Origin: an uncultured delta proteobacterium
GTDB taxonomy: Bacteria; Desulfobacterota; Binatia; Binatales; Binataceae
Length of the DNA: 64,000 nt
Assembly (NCBI GenBank): GCA_963808235.1
Contig: CAWEEQ010000004.1
Location: 2,144,001-2,208,000, forward strand
Direction of reading: 5' to 3'
The translations under genes were made by a program, and so were the position numbers. Under the pieces are notes generated by a model. It made no database searches and was not told where the DNA came from. It saw only the letters and a program-made list of their open reading frames with translations. This document shows positions 53,567 to 63,288 of this stretch, piece by piece. How positions within the stretch are numbered: position 1 is the first letter of the stretch; every line of letters begins with the position of its first letter.

Positions 53567-54994
53567 GTGCTCTTCAATTCACTCGGGTTTCTGGTATTTT
53601 TACCCCTCGTCCTTTGTGTCTATTCGCTGCTGAACCATCGCTGGCAGAATTATTTTCTGCTGGCGGCAAGCCTGTTCTTCTACGCCTGCTGGGATTGGCG
53701 ATTCGTATTCCTTCTTCTCTTAACCGTGGTGGTGGACTTTTACGTCGCGCGCTCGCTCGAATCGATGCAACAGCGCGGCGCAGCGCCCGCGCGGCGCAAG
53801 CTGGTGCTTGCCGTTAGCATGGCGACAAACCTCGTCGTGCTGGGATTTTTCAAGTACTACGACTTCTTTTCGACCAGCCTGCAGACCCTGTTGAGTAGCC
53901 TGGGGCTTGGCGTTGGCATTCACACCCTGAACATCATTCTGCCAGTGGGGATTTCCTTCTATACGTTTCAGTCGATGAGCTACACCATCGACGTGTATAG
54001 GGGCGAACTGCCTGCGACGAAAAGTTTTCTCGATTTCACATTGTTCGTTTGCTTCTTTCCCCATCTGGTAGCCGGACCGATAATGCGCGCGGTCGACATG
54101 CTGCCGCAGGTAATTCAGCCGCGAAAGGTCAGCCGTCAGCAAATCCATGACGGCCTTTATCTGATGCTTTGGGGCTACTGGAAGAAGGTTTTCGTTGCCG
54201 ACAACATGGCCCCGGTGGTCAATCATATCTTCTCCCTTCCACGAGCAACCGGGTTCCAGACGCTTTTGGGTGTGTATGCGTTTGCGGTTCAAATCTACTG
54301 CGACTTTTCGGGATACACGGATATTGCGCGCGGGGTCGCCAAGCTGATGGGATTTGAGTTGATTCTCAACTTCAACCTTCCCTACTTCTCCAGGAGTCCA
54401 CGAGAATTTTGGACCCGCTGGCATATCAGCCTGTCGAATTGGCTGCGCAACTATCTTTATATCCCACTGGGCGGCAACCGTAATGGCGTGTCCAAGACCC
54501 AGCGAAACCTGATGATCACGATGGTGCTGGGAGGGCTATGGCATGGCGCTGCGTGGAATTTTGTGTTCTGGGGTTTTTACCATGGGCTTCTATTGGTGAT
54601 TCACAGGATGCTCGAGCCGCTACTGGCTTTTGTCAAAGCGGCCTCACGCGCTGGGAATTTTATTCTGATATCTCTCGAGATCTTTCTGATGTTTCAACTC
54701 ACCTGTTACGGATGGTTGCTTTTCCGCGCCGAGTCGTTCGCTCAGATCCGGGATATGAGCGCGGCCCTGATGCATCCTATGGACAGTGTCGATCTGGCGT
54801 TGGCGTGGAAGGTGGCCTTCTTCCTCGTCCCTCTACTGGCTATCGAGTTTATCCAGTATATGTCCGGCAAGTGGAATCTCCTTGACTTTTCGTGGATGCC
54901 GATGGAGCTGAAGTCGGCCGCGTTGGCCGTCGTCGCATACTGTGTGCTGTTCCACGCGGCCCAGCCCCAGGCATTCATTTACTTCCAGTTTTGA
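53567..54994 (+). CDS. MBOAT O-acyltransferase (AlgI/PatA/DltB-like) with C-terminal FIYFQF motif
   Basis: MLFNS, LPVGISFYTFQ, FPHLVAGPI, DFSGYTDIA, FWTRWHISLS, LYIPLGG and GLWHGA motifs. Confidence 0.95.
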   Translation: MLFNSLGFLVFLPLVLCVYSLLNHRWQNYFLLAASLFFYACWDWRFVFLLLLTVVVDFYVARSLESMQQRGAAPARRKLVLAVSMATNLVVLGFFKYYDFFSTSLQTLLSSLGLGVGIHTLNIILPVGISFYTFQSMSYTIDVYRGELPATKSFLDFTLFVCFFPHLVAGPIMRAVDMLPQVIQPRKVSRQQIHDGLYLMLWGYWKKVFVADNMAPVVNHIFSLPRATGFQTLLGVYAFAVQIYCDFSGYTDIARGVAKLMGFELILNFNLPYFSRSPREFWTRWHISLSNWLRNYLYIPLGGNRNGVSKTQRNLMITMVLGGLWHGAAWNFVFWGFYHGLLLVIHRMLEPLLAFVKAASRAGNFILISLEIFLMFQLTCYGWLLFRAESFAQIRDMSAALMHPMDSVDLALAWKVAFFLVPLLAIEFIQYMSGKWNLLDFSWMPMELKSAALAVVAYCVLFHAAQPQAFIYFQF

Positions 54995-55005
54995 GCTGAC
55001 TAATC

Positions 55006-56139
55006 GTGTCCTCTGGATCGATGCACAAGACAATCTACATTCACCTCGCGTTGAGCGCGCTGGTAGCTCTCCTGGTGCTTGAGTTATGCACGCGCTTTGA
55101 CGATCTCATGTCCTTCGGAGCACCCATCTGGCAGGCCTATAGCGCGAACAATCTGTTTGAGTATGACTCACTGGGTAAGCGCGGCAAGCCTTATTCCAGC
55201 TACAAGAAGTGGCGGCTCAACAGCCTTGGGTTTCGCGCTCCTGAGGTGCAGCAGAACCGCTTCCGCATCGTATGTCTCGGCGAGTCTGAGACGTTTGGTT
55301 TGTACGAGCAGCCCGGTAATGAATACCCAGCGCAGCTCGAGCGAGATCTGAACCACTGGGCGGCACGCCGGGTCTTCCAGGTGGTCAATGCCGCCATTCC
55401 CGGACAGACGCTCGTTTCCACCGCGCATCGGGTGCCAGAGATGGTGGCCAGGACGAAGCCGCAAATCGCTGTGATCTATCCGTCTCCCTCCTACTACATA
55501 TGGCTACAAGGCCTGCGCTCCGGCGGGGAGCTTGGCGTTGTGCCAAGGAAGCAAAGGTTTCAATTGCGGCTTGCTGACAATCTCTGGAACCTCACTAAAG
55601 ACGTGCTTGCGATGCTTCCACGGCGACTTCGAATTGCATCATATGAATTTCTGATCAAACGACAAGTGTCGGCGCTGGGTACCCCAGTTATGGAACAGGT
55701 GCCAGACCAGAACATCGAGCGGTACAAGCAGGATCTGTTGGCCCTGATCGATGCGTTGCGAGCAAGCGGCGTCGAGCCCGTATTAGTGACTCACGCTACT
55801 TATTTCGGCACCAATTGTAGGGCGCCGGATCGCCTGACCCTGGCGGAGTGGCGCAAGCTGTATCCGATGCTCAAGGAGAACGGATTCCTCGACATGGAAG
55901 AACGAATGAATGCAGCGATGCGCAGCCTTGCCGCCGCCGATCATGTCCTCTTAGTGGATATGGCAAGTGAGATGCCGCCTGGCCCAAAGTATTTTGCCGA
56001 CATGGTCCATTTCACGGATGAAGGCGCGACGGTGATGGCTGCAAAGCTCGCTCAGGGTCTTGAACCTGCCATCGAGAGCCGCGGCTTCCAATTGACCGGT
56101 CCGAGCAGGATCGACGAGCCGGCAAAGTCCGGCGCCTAG
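55006..56139 (+). CDS. Membrane-anchored SGNH/GDSL family protein (MBOAT partner)
   Basis: N-terminal TM; NSLGFR, CLGESETFG (GxS block I), VVNAAIPG and DMVHFTDEG (DxxH) motifs. Confidence 0.85.
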   Translation: MSSGSMHKTIYIHLALSALVALLVLELCTRFDDLMSFGAPIWQAYSANNLFEYDSLGKRGKPYSSYKKWRLNSLGFRAPEVQQNRFRIVCLGESETFGLYEQPGNEYPAQLERDLNHWAARRVFQVVNAAIPGQTLVSTAHRVPEMVARTKPQIAVIYPSPSYYIWLQGLRSGGELGVVPRKQRFQLRLADNLWNLTKDVLAMLPRRLRIASYEFLIKRQVSALGTPVMEQVPDQNIERYKQDLLALIDALRASGVEPVLVTHATYFGTNCRAPDRLTLAEWRKLYPMLKENGFLDMEERMNAAMRSLAAADHVLLVDMASEMPPGPKYFADMVHFTDEGATVMAAKLAQGLEPAIESRGFQLTGPSRIDEPAKSGA

Positions 56140-56146
56140 CGGTCAT

Positions 56147-57019
56147 TCAGGCTTTCGGGCGGAATGCTCTTTTGGCGCGGCTCAGGACTCGCCGAGTCAG
56201 CGTCCGCTCCCCTGAGGCGGGCCAGCATTGCGGTCCTGCGGTCCACATGTAGACCCATTCGGATTCGGAGCCCGGCGGGACTTCTTCGCATGCAGCCAGC
56301 GCCGGATTGGCGGCGATCGCGTCTGGCGACGCGAACAGAACCATATTCTGGCGATACCACCAGGCCAGACGCCTTTCGTCGCGAAGTTTCGGTCGGAACG
56401 GATCGAGCATCCTATGTCCGCACTCCTCGAAGGCTTTTCGCCAATAGGAAAGCGGCTGGCAATTGATGTGTCCTCCGCCCCCCTGACCCGGCGGCGCCGC
56501 CGAAAAGAGGACTTGCGGCGCCGCGGAAGCAAGCTGCCGTACCAAGTGCCGCGAATTGCGCGCGGGTAGATGTTCGGCGACCTCGAGGCAGATGGCTAAA
56601 TCGAATCGACCCGGCGGAATCTCGAACTCGCCGCTCAATTCGGTGGGACGAAAGCAATCGGCCGGAAACAGCAGCGTCGATGGCTTGATATAGTCGCCAT
56701 CCATTCCAACTATTTTCTCTATCCCCTGCGCTCTGAATTCGCTTAGCCATGCACCGCGGCCGCATCCGACGTCCAGGACACTCGACGGATGAGTCAACGC
56801 CACCAACATCGGCACCACGATCCGAGCGGAATCGAGCGCGCGATCGCCCTCGTACATGTCTTCTGCGTAATAGTTTGCCAAGTCCTTGCGCATCGCGTAG
56901 GTCCGAATTCTCTGTATCAGTTCTGTCGCAGAGCGAGCAACTCGATAGCTATTTTCCGGCAGCGCGAGCACCGCATCTGAACTCTGAACCACAGTTCCGA
57001 CATCATCGTTGGCAAACAA
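56147..57019 (-). CDS. Class I SAM-dependent methyltransferase
   Basis: SVLDVGCGRGAWL, LEVAEHL, FSAAPPGQGG.GHINCQ and WWYRQN motifs; start uncertain. Confidence 0.88.
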   Translation of the reverse strand: MFANDDVGTVVQSSDAVLALPENSYRVARSATELIQRIRTYAMRKDLANYYAEDMYEGDRALDSARIVVPMLVALTHPSSVLDVGCGRGAWLSEFRAQGIEKIVGMDGDYIKPSTLLFPADCFRPTELSGEFEIPPGRFDLAICLEVAEHLPARNSRHLVRQLASAAPQVLFSAAPPGQGGGGHINCQPLSYWRKAFEECGHRMLDPFRPKLRDERRLAWWYRQNMVLFASPDAIAANPALAACEEVPPGSESEWVYMWTAGPQCWPASGERTLTRRVLSRAKRAFRPKA

Positions 57020-57046
57020 TGTCGCCCTCGGATACGATCGCGCGAT

Positions 57047-57757
57047 ATGAGTCTGTCATATCTGCGGCTTCCTGGCCCCTCGGTCATCGAGGCCATTCTT
57101 AAGCGGCGGCGCCTCAGAGCGGGATTGCGAGGAATCTATCGAAAATTCCGCGACTACACGATGGTTCACGAAGCCAAGTACGTCAATAACCTGGAACTCT
57201 GTTACGAGTTCAGAAAGATTTCCGGCTGCGTCGTGGAGTGCGGCGTCTGGCGTGGCGGCATGAGTGCTGGAATGGCCCAGGTGCTCGGTGCCGACCGGCA
57301 GTATTTTCTGTTCGACAGCTTTGAGGGATTGCCGCCCGCGCGCGAAGATCTGGACGGTGCTTCGGCGGTTGCCTGGCAGAGCGACCCCAAGGCGCCGTTT
57401 CACCACAACAATTGCACTGCCTCGGAAGCGGAAGCGGCGGCGGCGATGAAGCTTTCCGGCATGCCTTCATTCTCGCTCATCAAGGGTTGGTTCAATGAAA
57501 CGCTCCCGCGTTTCGTTCTTCCATGTGACATAGCGGTGCTGCGACTCGATGGCGATTGGTACGATTCTACGCGCGTCTGCCTCGAGAATCTGTATCCGCA
57601 CATCGCACCCGGCGGAATTGTAATTATCGACGACTACTACACTTGGGATGGATGCACGCGAGCGGTCAATGAATTCCTTGCCGGTGTCGCGCCGCCGAAG
57701 GCAGTTCCAAAGCTTCGCCAGTTTCGCGACAGCGTTGCATACTTCATCAAGGGATGA
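57047..57757 (+). CDS. TylF/MycF family O-methyltransferase
   Basis: GCVVECGVWRGG, FDSFEGLP, KGWFNETLP, LRLDGDWYDST and IIDDY motifs. Confidence 0.92.
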   Translation: MSLSYLRLPGPSVIEAILKRRRLRAGLRGIYRKFRDYTMVHEAKYVNNLELCYEFRKISGCVVECGVWRGGMSAGMAQVLGADRQYFLFDSFEGLPPAREDLDGASAVAWQSDPKAPFHHNNCTASEAEAAAAMKLSGMPSFSLIKGWFNETLPRFVLPCDIAVLRLDGDWYDSTRVCLENLYPHIAPGGIVIIDDYYTWDGCTRAVNEFLAGVAPPKAVPKLRQFRDSVAYFIKG

Positions 57758-57805
57758 AGGTGTTCTTTCAAGTTCCAAGCCTGACCCTGAAATAAATGCG
57801 GGCAG

Positions 57806-58822
57806 CTAGCGGGATGGCGCCGAGAGGTAGGCGGCCACCTTCCTGGGCGAGATTGCCATCAGCGTCAGCCACACGGCGTTGGCTAGCCGGTTTCGCATCG
57901 AAAGATTTGGCTCACGCGCCAGCGCCTTGATTCCCTTGACCAGTAGTCCAAACCGGCTGTCGGCTGCGATCGGATGAGTGGCAGGGTCCAGGCGGAGTGA
58001 ACTCATTTTCATTTTTGTCATTCGAAGCGTTGATCCGACGACTTGCGGGTCCAGGTCGATTCCTTTCCGTTTCGCAGTTTTGCACAGAGTTTCGGGTAAG
58101 TAGGAAGTCCCGGTCAGCCGGCGGTGGAGCCGGTCGAGATAGCGCCCGCCAAGATTAGACTCGTTCGCTTCATGCGTCCGGTACAGACCGAGCGATTTTG
58201 GAAGCGAGACAACATCGCCGAAGAATGGCGTCAAGGTAACTAGCGGTTTCTCCGCGACCGCAGTCCAGTCATGTTCGTCCAGCGGCATCAACCTCTCGAG
58301 CGCTGCGCGATTGAAAGCATTCGCACTGGAAGGAGCACTTGGATATCCCCCGCAACGCCGGATTAGGCTGCGTAGATCCCCATTTGGCAGAAAGCCTTCA
58401 AATTCGGGGACGCGCATCCCAAGCGGGACTCGATCCGCGTCGACTATCTCCAACTGAAACTGGACCTTTGCGATGCCGGGCCGCCACGCCTGCGCCACCT
58501 CAGCCACTGCGGAGGGAAGCAGCTCATCGTCCGCGTCCAGGAATATCACCAACTCGCCCCGGCTCGCGGCGAAGCCGGCGTTAAGCGCTGACCCATGCCC
58601 GCCATTGCGCTTGAATACGAATGAAATCTGGCCGCCATAAGACTCGATCACGTCGCGCGATTGATCAGTTGAGCCGTCGTCTACCGCAATCACTTCGACG
58701 TTTGGATATGTCTGTGCGAGCGCGCTATCGACCGCATTGCGCAGGAATCGTTCGTAGTTGTAGTTGATGACTACGATGCTGACCAGCGGCCGTACCGATT
58801 GCGCGGATGGCGCCGTACTCAT
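57806..58822 (-). CDS. Glycosyltransferase family 2
   Basis: VSIVVINYNY, VDDGSTD and FLDADD motifs; paralog of 39938-41068. Confidence 0.93.
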   Translation of the reverse strand: MSTAPSAQSVRPLVSIVVINYNYERFLRNAVDSALAQTYPNVEVIAVDDGSTDQSRDVIESYGGQISFVFKRNGGHGSALNAGFAASRGELVIFLDADDELLPSAVAEVAQAWRPGIAKVQFQLEIVDADRVPLGMRVPEFEGFLPNGDLRSLIRRCGGYPSAPSSANAFNRAALERLMPLDEHDWTAVAEKPLVTLTPFFGDVVSLPKSLGLYRTHEANESNLGGRYLDRLHRRLTGTSYLPETLCKTAKRKGIDLDPQVVGSTLRMTKMKMSSLRLDPATHPIAADSRFGLLVKGIKALAREPNLSMRNRLANAVWLTLMAISPRKVAAYLSAPSR

Positions 58823-58823
58823 C

Positions 58824-60158
58824 TCAGCCGTCTACTCCGTTTGCTTGCAACAGCAGGTAGCCAATGATCGGCAGCACAACCGAAATCGACAGGACACCAG
58901 CGGCCGCGGCACCGGTGGGCCCGTGCCATATCGTGAAGGGATAGATCACGATGGCAAGCACCACCGCGCGAGTGGCCGCCGCGATGACGTATAATTTCGG
59001 TTTTCCGAGCCCGCCGAGAAAGCTTCGGCCGACCACCAGGAAGCCCTGCAGGAGGCCGTAAATGCACAGGACCTTGAGCGGGTTGACCGCATGAACCCAA
59101 GCTGGTCCGAATATCCGGAGGACCGTCTTTGCGCCAAAAGCGAAAATAAACGCAACATACCCGAGGCCGACTGCGGCCACTAACGCCATCACCGACCACA
59201 ACAGGCGTGCTCTCGCCCGGCGATCGTCGCGCAATCGCGCCACCATCGGAAACATCACCAAGGCAGTCGACATCGTGAATTCCGCGACCGGCATCTCGCC
59301 GGCGCGAAAGGCCATTTGGTAGTTGCCGAGCGCTCCGGGGCCGAGCAGATGGCCCACCGCCAGATTGTCGAGTTGCTTCGCGATGAATTCACACAGGGTG
59401 CCGACGCCAGACCATATTCCAAAGGTGAGCATGGTTCTCGCGCGGGCCATGCTAAATCCCAGCCGCGGCCAATGCGGAAACAGCCAATACGTCAAAATGT
59501 CTCGCACCGCCGCACCAACGAGTTGCGAGAACACCAGACCGCGCCAGTCGCGCCAGTACAGCACCGCTACAAGGCCGAATATCAAGCTCGCCCCAACCTC
59601 CGAAACGTTCAGGACGGTCACCAAGTGAAAATCGAGACGCCGATAGAGAGATACGAGGCGTGGACTCGGAATCGATTGCAAGATTGGAAGCGGAACGATC
59701 GCCCAGAAGACGGTGTAAGCGTCGCCCAAATGGAAAAAAGCGCCCAGCGGACGCGCGAACACAACCAATATCAATCCGATGATCAGACTGCGCACAAGAT
59801 AGGTGGTGAATAGAGTGTCAAGATACGGATCGATTTGATCCTGCTGCTGGACAAGCGATTGCCCCATGCGGGGTTCTGTCGCCGCATTCAGCGCCGCGCA
59901 GATCAACATCGCACTGGCGGTCACGCCGAAGTCAAAGGGCTTTAGCAACCGCACGAAGACAACGTACCGCACAGCGATACCAAGTGAGGTCAGACCGCGC
60001 GCCGAGGCAGTCCAGGAAAGACCGGTGAAGAATTTCCTGAGTAGCGCTTCCCGGAGTTGCCTGGAGGTCTCCGCACTGCGGCTGGCGCCCGCGGCGTCCA
60101 TCTCCGGCGCACATGCGTCTGGCGATGGCGCCGCCTCGTTTCCCCGTTTGCGGGTCAT
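58824..60158 (-). CDS. wzx: Polysaccharide flippase (Wzx, PST family)
   Basis: About 12 TMs; RLLKPFDFG, DNLAVGHLLGPGALGNYQMA and VMFPMVA motifs. Confidence 0.88.
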   Translation of the reverse strand: MTRKRGNEAAPSPDACAPEMDAAGASRSAETSRQLREALLRKFFTGLSWTASARGLTSLGIAVRYVVFVRLLKPFDFGVTASAMLICAALNAATEPRMGQSLVQQQDQIDPYLDTLFTTYLVRSLIIGLILVVFARPLGAFFHLGDAYTVFWAIVPLPILQSIPSPRLVSLYRRLDFHLVTVLNVSEVGASLIFGLVAVLYWRDWRGLVFSQLVGAAVRDILTYWLFPHWPRLGFSMARARTMLTFGIWSGVGTLCEFIAKQLDNLAVGHLLGPGALGNYQMAFRAGEMPVAEFTMSTALVMFPMVARLRDDRRARARLLWSVMALVAAVGLGYVAFIFAFGAKTVLRIFGPAWVHAVNPLKVLCIYGLLQGFLVVGRSFLGGLGKPKLYVIAAATRAVVLAIVIYPFTIWHGPTGAAAAGVLSISVVLPIIGYLLLQANGVDG

Positions 60159-60713
60159 TGTGACAATTATCTCTCCGCTATCCTTATGGTTCTGCGGCCG
60201 CGAAGGAGAGGCGTCCCCTCGCTATCCCTGCACTTTCCGCCGCGCATGGCAAAACTACGATTTGCTACTATGCCACGTAGCTGACGTACGGGCATAGCTG
60301 TCGGGTGATCCATGCGGACAAGCCGCATCGCGACGATTCGGCGAACGATTCCGCTCTGCGCGCCTCAGCGTCGGCGCACACCTGTCCCAGCCTCAACGAG
60401 GCCCTACCTGTCCTGAAGTGCGACGAAGAGTCAGCCGCGCCATGGATGCGGGACATGGCTCCTCGAATTTCAGGGCAGGATGGCACCTTCTCGGATCGCC
60501 AATTCCATGTCGCATTGTCAATTTCATGTCGCATCCTGTTTCAACTTTCAAGCGGTGTCGGAGACAGTATGGACCTCTTAGCTTGTCCGTGAAGCGAGAG
60601 TGTGTCACTGGCGCGACGTGCGTGTGTTGTTACGCGATCGAGTGTTCCACCTTGAAGCATCAGTGAGTGTCGACAGATGACAGCCCTCCATCGGCAGAGA
60701 AGTTGCTCAGTGA

Positions 60714-63275
60714 GTGATTGCGAAATGCGCATCGACTCAACCAAGGGCAACTATCGTGTCGCATCGATATTGTACGTCATTAGGTACATGTTCTGTTCTG
60801 CTACTAACACTTTGCGCGCTGTCACTGGGATGTGTAGCTAGTGCCAATGCGCAGGCAGTAGTTGACGGGGGCTTGACCGCGCCGGAAGTGGGTTGGACGT
60901 TGAGTTCCAATCTGTTGGCGAACGGCGACTTCTCACAAGGAACTAGCGGCTGGATAATACCCAGTTCCTGCTTCGGCCTTGATTCGACCACGCTGGCTCC
61001 GAATGGAGCGGTCAGTCTCGAGCTTACTCCACCGTCAACCTGCGGCCCCTACCCGCCGGTGGCAAAGAATTCAGTTACGGTGGCGGGCGGACAGATCTAT
61101 ACGCTCAGCGGCCAGATCAAAACCGAAGGCCTGACCAACGGCAATGCGGGCGACGGCGCGGTTTTCGCGCTGATGCAGTCCGGGCGCACCCCGGCCGTAA
61201 ACGGCACCACCGACTGGTCCACCATCACCATGCCGCATCTGGTCGTCCCCGCGGGCGAGACCTCATCGGTGCGCCTGTGGGCCTACGGCTATCCAATGAG
61301 CGGGAACGCATGGTTCGCAAATTTGTCGCTGCAGCAGGAGATACCGCCGGGACTGCGGATGTTTCTGCTCTACCCGAACTACCGCGGTCTGATGTTTTCA
61401 GATCAGAGCCAGGTCGCGAGCCTGGACCTGACCGTCACCCCGCCGGCGGGAACCTCGCTTGAGAGCCTTCGGGTTGAAATCGACGCGGTCGACGCCGGCG
61501 GCGATACCGTAGCCAGCCAGACCTTCACTCCCGCGTCGGCCGAGTTTACCGGCACCCTCGACATGGGAGCATTGCCGCCGGGGACCTATCAGCTGGCGGG
61601 GAAGCTCGAGGATGGCAGCGGCAATGTGCTCATCGCGCAGAGCCCCTACGCGATCGTCAAGCTCGACGCGGCGGCGCGCTCGGGCATGAAGGCGTGGATC
61701 GACCCGGCCAACATGGCCCATTTCATCGATGGCAATCCGCACTTCGTGCTCGGAATCTACGACACCACCAACTATTCGGACAGCGCCGCTTACTACCAGG
61801 CGGAGCTGGCCGCGATCGCCCAGGCGCCGATCAACATGATTATCAACTACTACATCACCAATGCGCCGACCCAGGCGATCACCGCCTACACCACGGCGAT
61901 GCGCCCATTCGGGATGACCTTTCTCCCCGACGTGGGCAGCTACTATACCAACAACAAGAATTTTCCGACCGGAGTCGCCAAGGAGTTCGGCACCGATGAT
62001 CAGGATCAGCTGATTACCGACTATGCCTCCACCTTGTCGTCCGACCCCGGAGTGGTGGGCTATTACGCTCAGGACGAGCCCGCGCTGGCGGTGCAGCCGG
62101 AAACCTTCCACCAATATTCTCTGATCAAGACCGCCGATCCCTCCGGCTTCAACCTGGCGGTGATCGACCATCCCAACGACCTCCCGTTCTGGAAGGACTC
62201 GGTGGATATCCTGGGCGTCGATCCGTATCCGATCTCGCGCCCCAGCGGAAACGATCTTGGCCTGGTTGCGGACTGGACTCGCGCGGCCTACCAGGCGGGT
62301 CACGGCGCGCGCCCGGTGTGGACCGTCATCCAGTTCTTCCAGATGTATTCGACCTCGCCATGGCCCACCCAGCAGCAACTGCACGACATGAGCTGGATTG
62401 CGATCGTCGAGGGTGCCACTGGCCTCTTCTACTGGTCCTATGGCGAGCGCGCGCTGCAGTGGGTGAAAGATCCGGTCGAGAAGGCAGCGCTGTACCAGGA
62501 GTTGATCAACGTAACCACCGAGATCAAATCGCTCGAGCCGGTGTTGGTGAGCCCCGACGCCACTGTGATCAGCGCGAACTCCGAAACCGGCACCGTGTTC
62601 ACCAAGACCAAGGTCGGCGCCGACGGAACCCGCTATCTGTTCGCGTACAACCACAGCGCCTCTCCGGTCACCGCCCAGTTCACCCTCGCGCAGCCGGCGG
62701 CCAGCGTTATCGACTACGACACCGGTATCAGCAGTGCGACCGATACCAGCACGACTCTCTCCTCGACATTCCAGCCCTACCAGGCGCACATCCTGCTCAT
62801 CAGCAGTTCCGCTCCGCCGCCGACGCCCACTCCGTCGCCCGTTCGGACGCCCCTGCCAACCTCAACCGCCACTGCGACTGCGACAGCCACTGCGACTCCA
62901 ACAGCAACGGCGACTCCGACTTCGACCGCAACGGCGACGGCCTCTGCGACGCCCACTCTCGGCGTATTATCAGTCGCGCCCAGAAATTTGAAGTTCGGAC
63001 TCCACAGCGTTGGGGGCACGAGTGCAGCCAAGACGTTGAAAGTGACCAACGACAGCGGGTCATCGGTGAATATTACTGGAAGGTCAGTTAGCGGTGACTT
63101 TGCACAGACCAATACCTGTGGGGCCAGCCTCGCGGCGCACAATACATGCGTCGTCAGCATCACGTTCAAGCCGGCTGCCAACGGCAAGCGCATCGGCGGC
63201 TTGACGCTCACGGACAACGCCAGCAACAGTCCGCAGATGGTTGTTTTGAGCGGGAGAGCAGATAGTCGGCGCTAG
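60714..63275 (+). CDS. Secreted multidomain glycoside-hydrolase-like protein: CBM4/9-like, Ig, TIM barrel, Thr-Ala linker, C-terminal ASH/choice-of-anchor-D
   Basis: Signal peptide ending ANA-Q; NLLANGDF; GYYAQDEP, DILGVDPYP and GATGLFYWSY; TATATPT linker; LKFG...GDFAQTNTCG.SLAA...C...F.P...G.LTLTDNASNSPQ.V.LSG; start uncertain. Confidence 0.8.
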   Translation: MIAKCASTQPRATIVSHRYCTSLGTCSVLLLTLCALSLGCVASANAQAVVDGGLTAPEVGWTLSSNLLANGDFSQGTSGWIIPSSCFGLDSTTLAPNGAVSLELTPPSTCGPYPPVAKNSVTVAGGQIYTLSGQIKTEGLTNGNAGDGAVFALMQSGRTPAVNGTTDWSTITMPHLVVPAGETSSVRLWAYGYPMSGNAWFANLSLQQEIPPGLRMFLLYPNYRGLMFSDQSQVASLDLTVTPPAGTSLESLRVEIDAVDAGGDTVASQTFTPASAEFTGTLDMGALPPGTYQLAGKLEDGSGNVLIAQSPYAIVKLDAAARSGMKAWIDPANMAHFIDGNPHFVLGIYDTTNYSDSAAYYQAELAAIAQAPINMIINYYITNAPTQAITAYTTAMRPFGMTFLPDVGSYYTNNKNFPTGVAKEFGTDDQDQLITDYASTLSSDPGVVGYYAQDEPALAVQPETFHQYSLIKTADPSGFNLAVIDHPNDLPFWKDSVDILGVDPYPISRPSGNDLGLVADWTRAAYQAGHGARPVWTVIQFFQMYSTSPWPTQQQLHDMSWIAIVEGATGLFYWSYGERALQWVKDPVEKAALYQELINVTTEIKSLEPVLVSPDATVISANSETGTVFTKTKVGADGTRYLFAYNHSASPVTAQFTLAQPAASVIDYDTGISSATDTSTTLSSTFQPYQAHILLISSSAPPPTPTPSPVRTPLPTSTATATATATATPTATATPTSTATATASATPTLGVLSVAPRNLKFGLHSVGGTSAAKTLKVTNDSGSSVNITGRSVSGDFAQTNTCGASLAAHNTCVVSITFKPAANGKRIGGLTLTDNASNSPQMVVLSGRADSRR

Positions 63276-63288
63276 CTGCCCTCGATGA

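Noticed and set aside
60160-60713. Short ORFs in the wzx/GH divergent intergenic region (also 24450-24950 and 19440-20078)
   Set aside because: No convincing RBS, composition or motifs; treated as regulatory DNA
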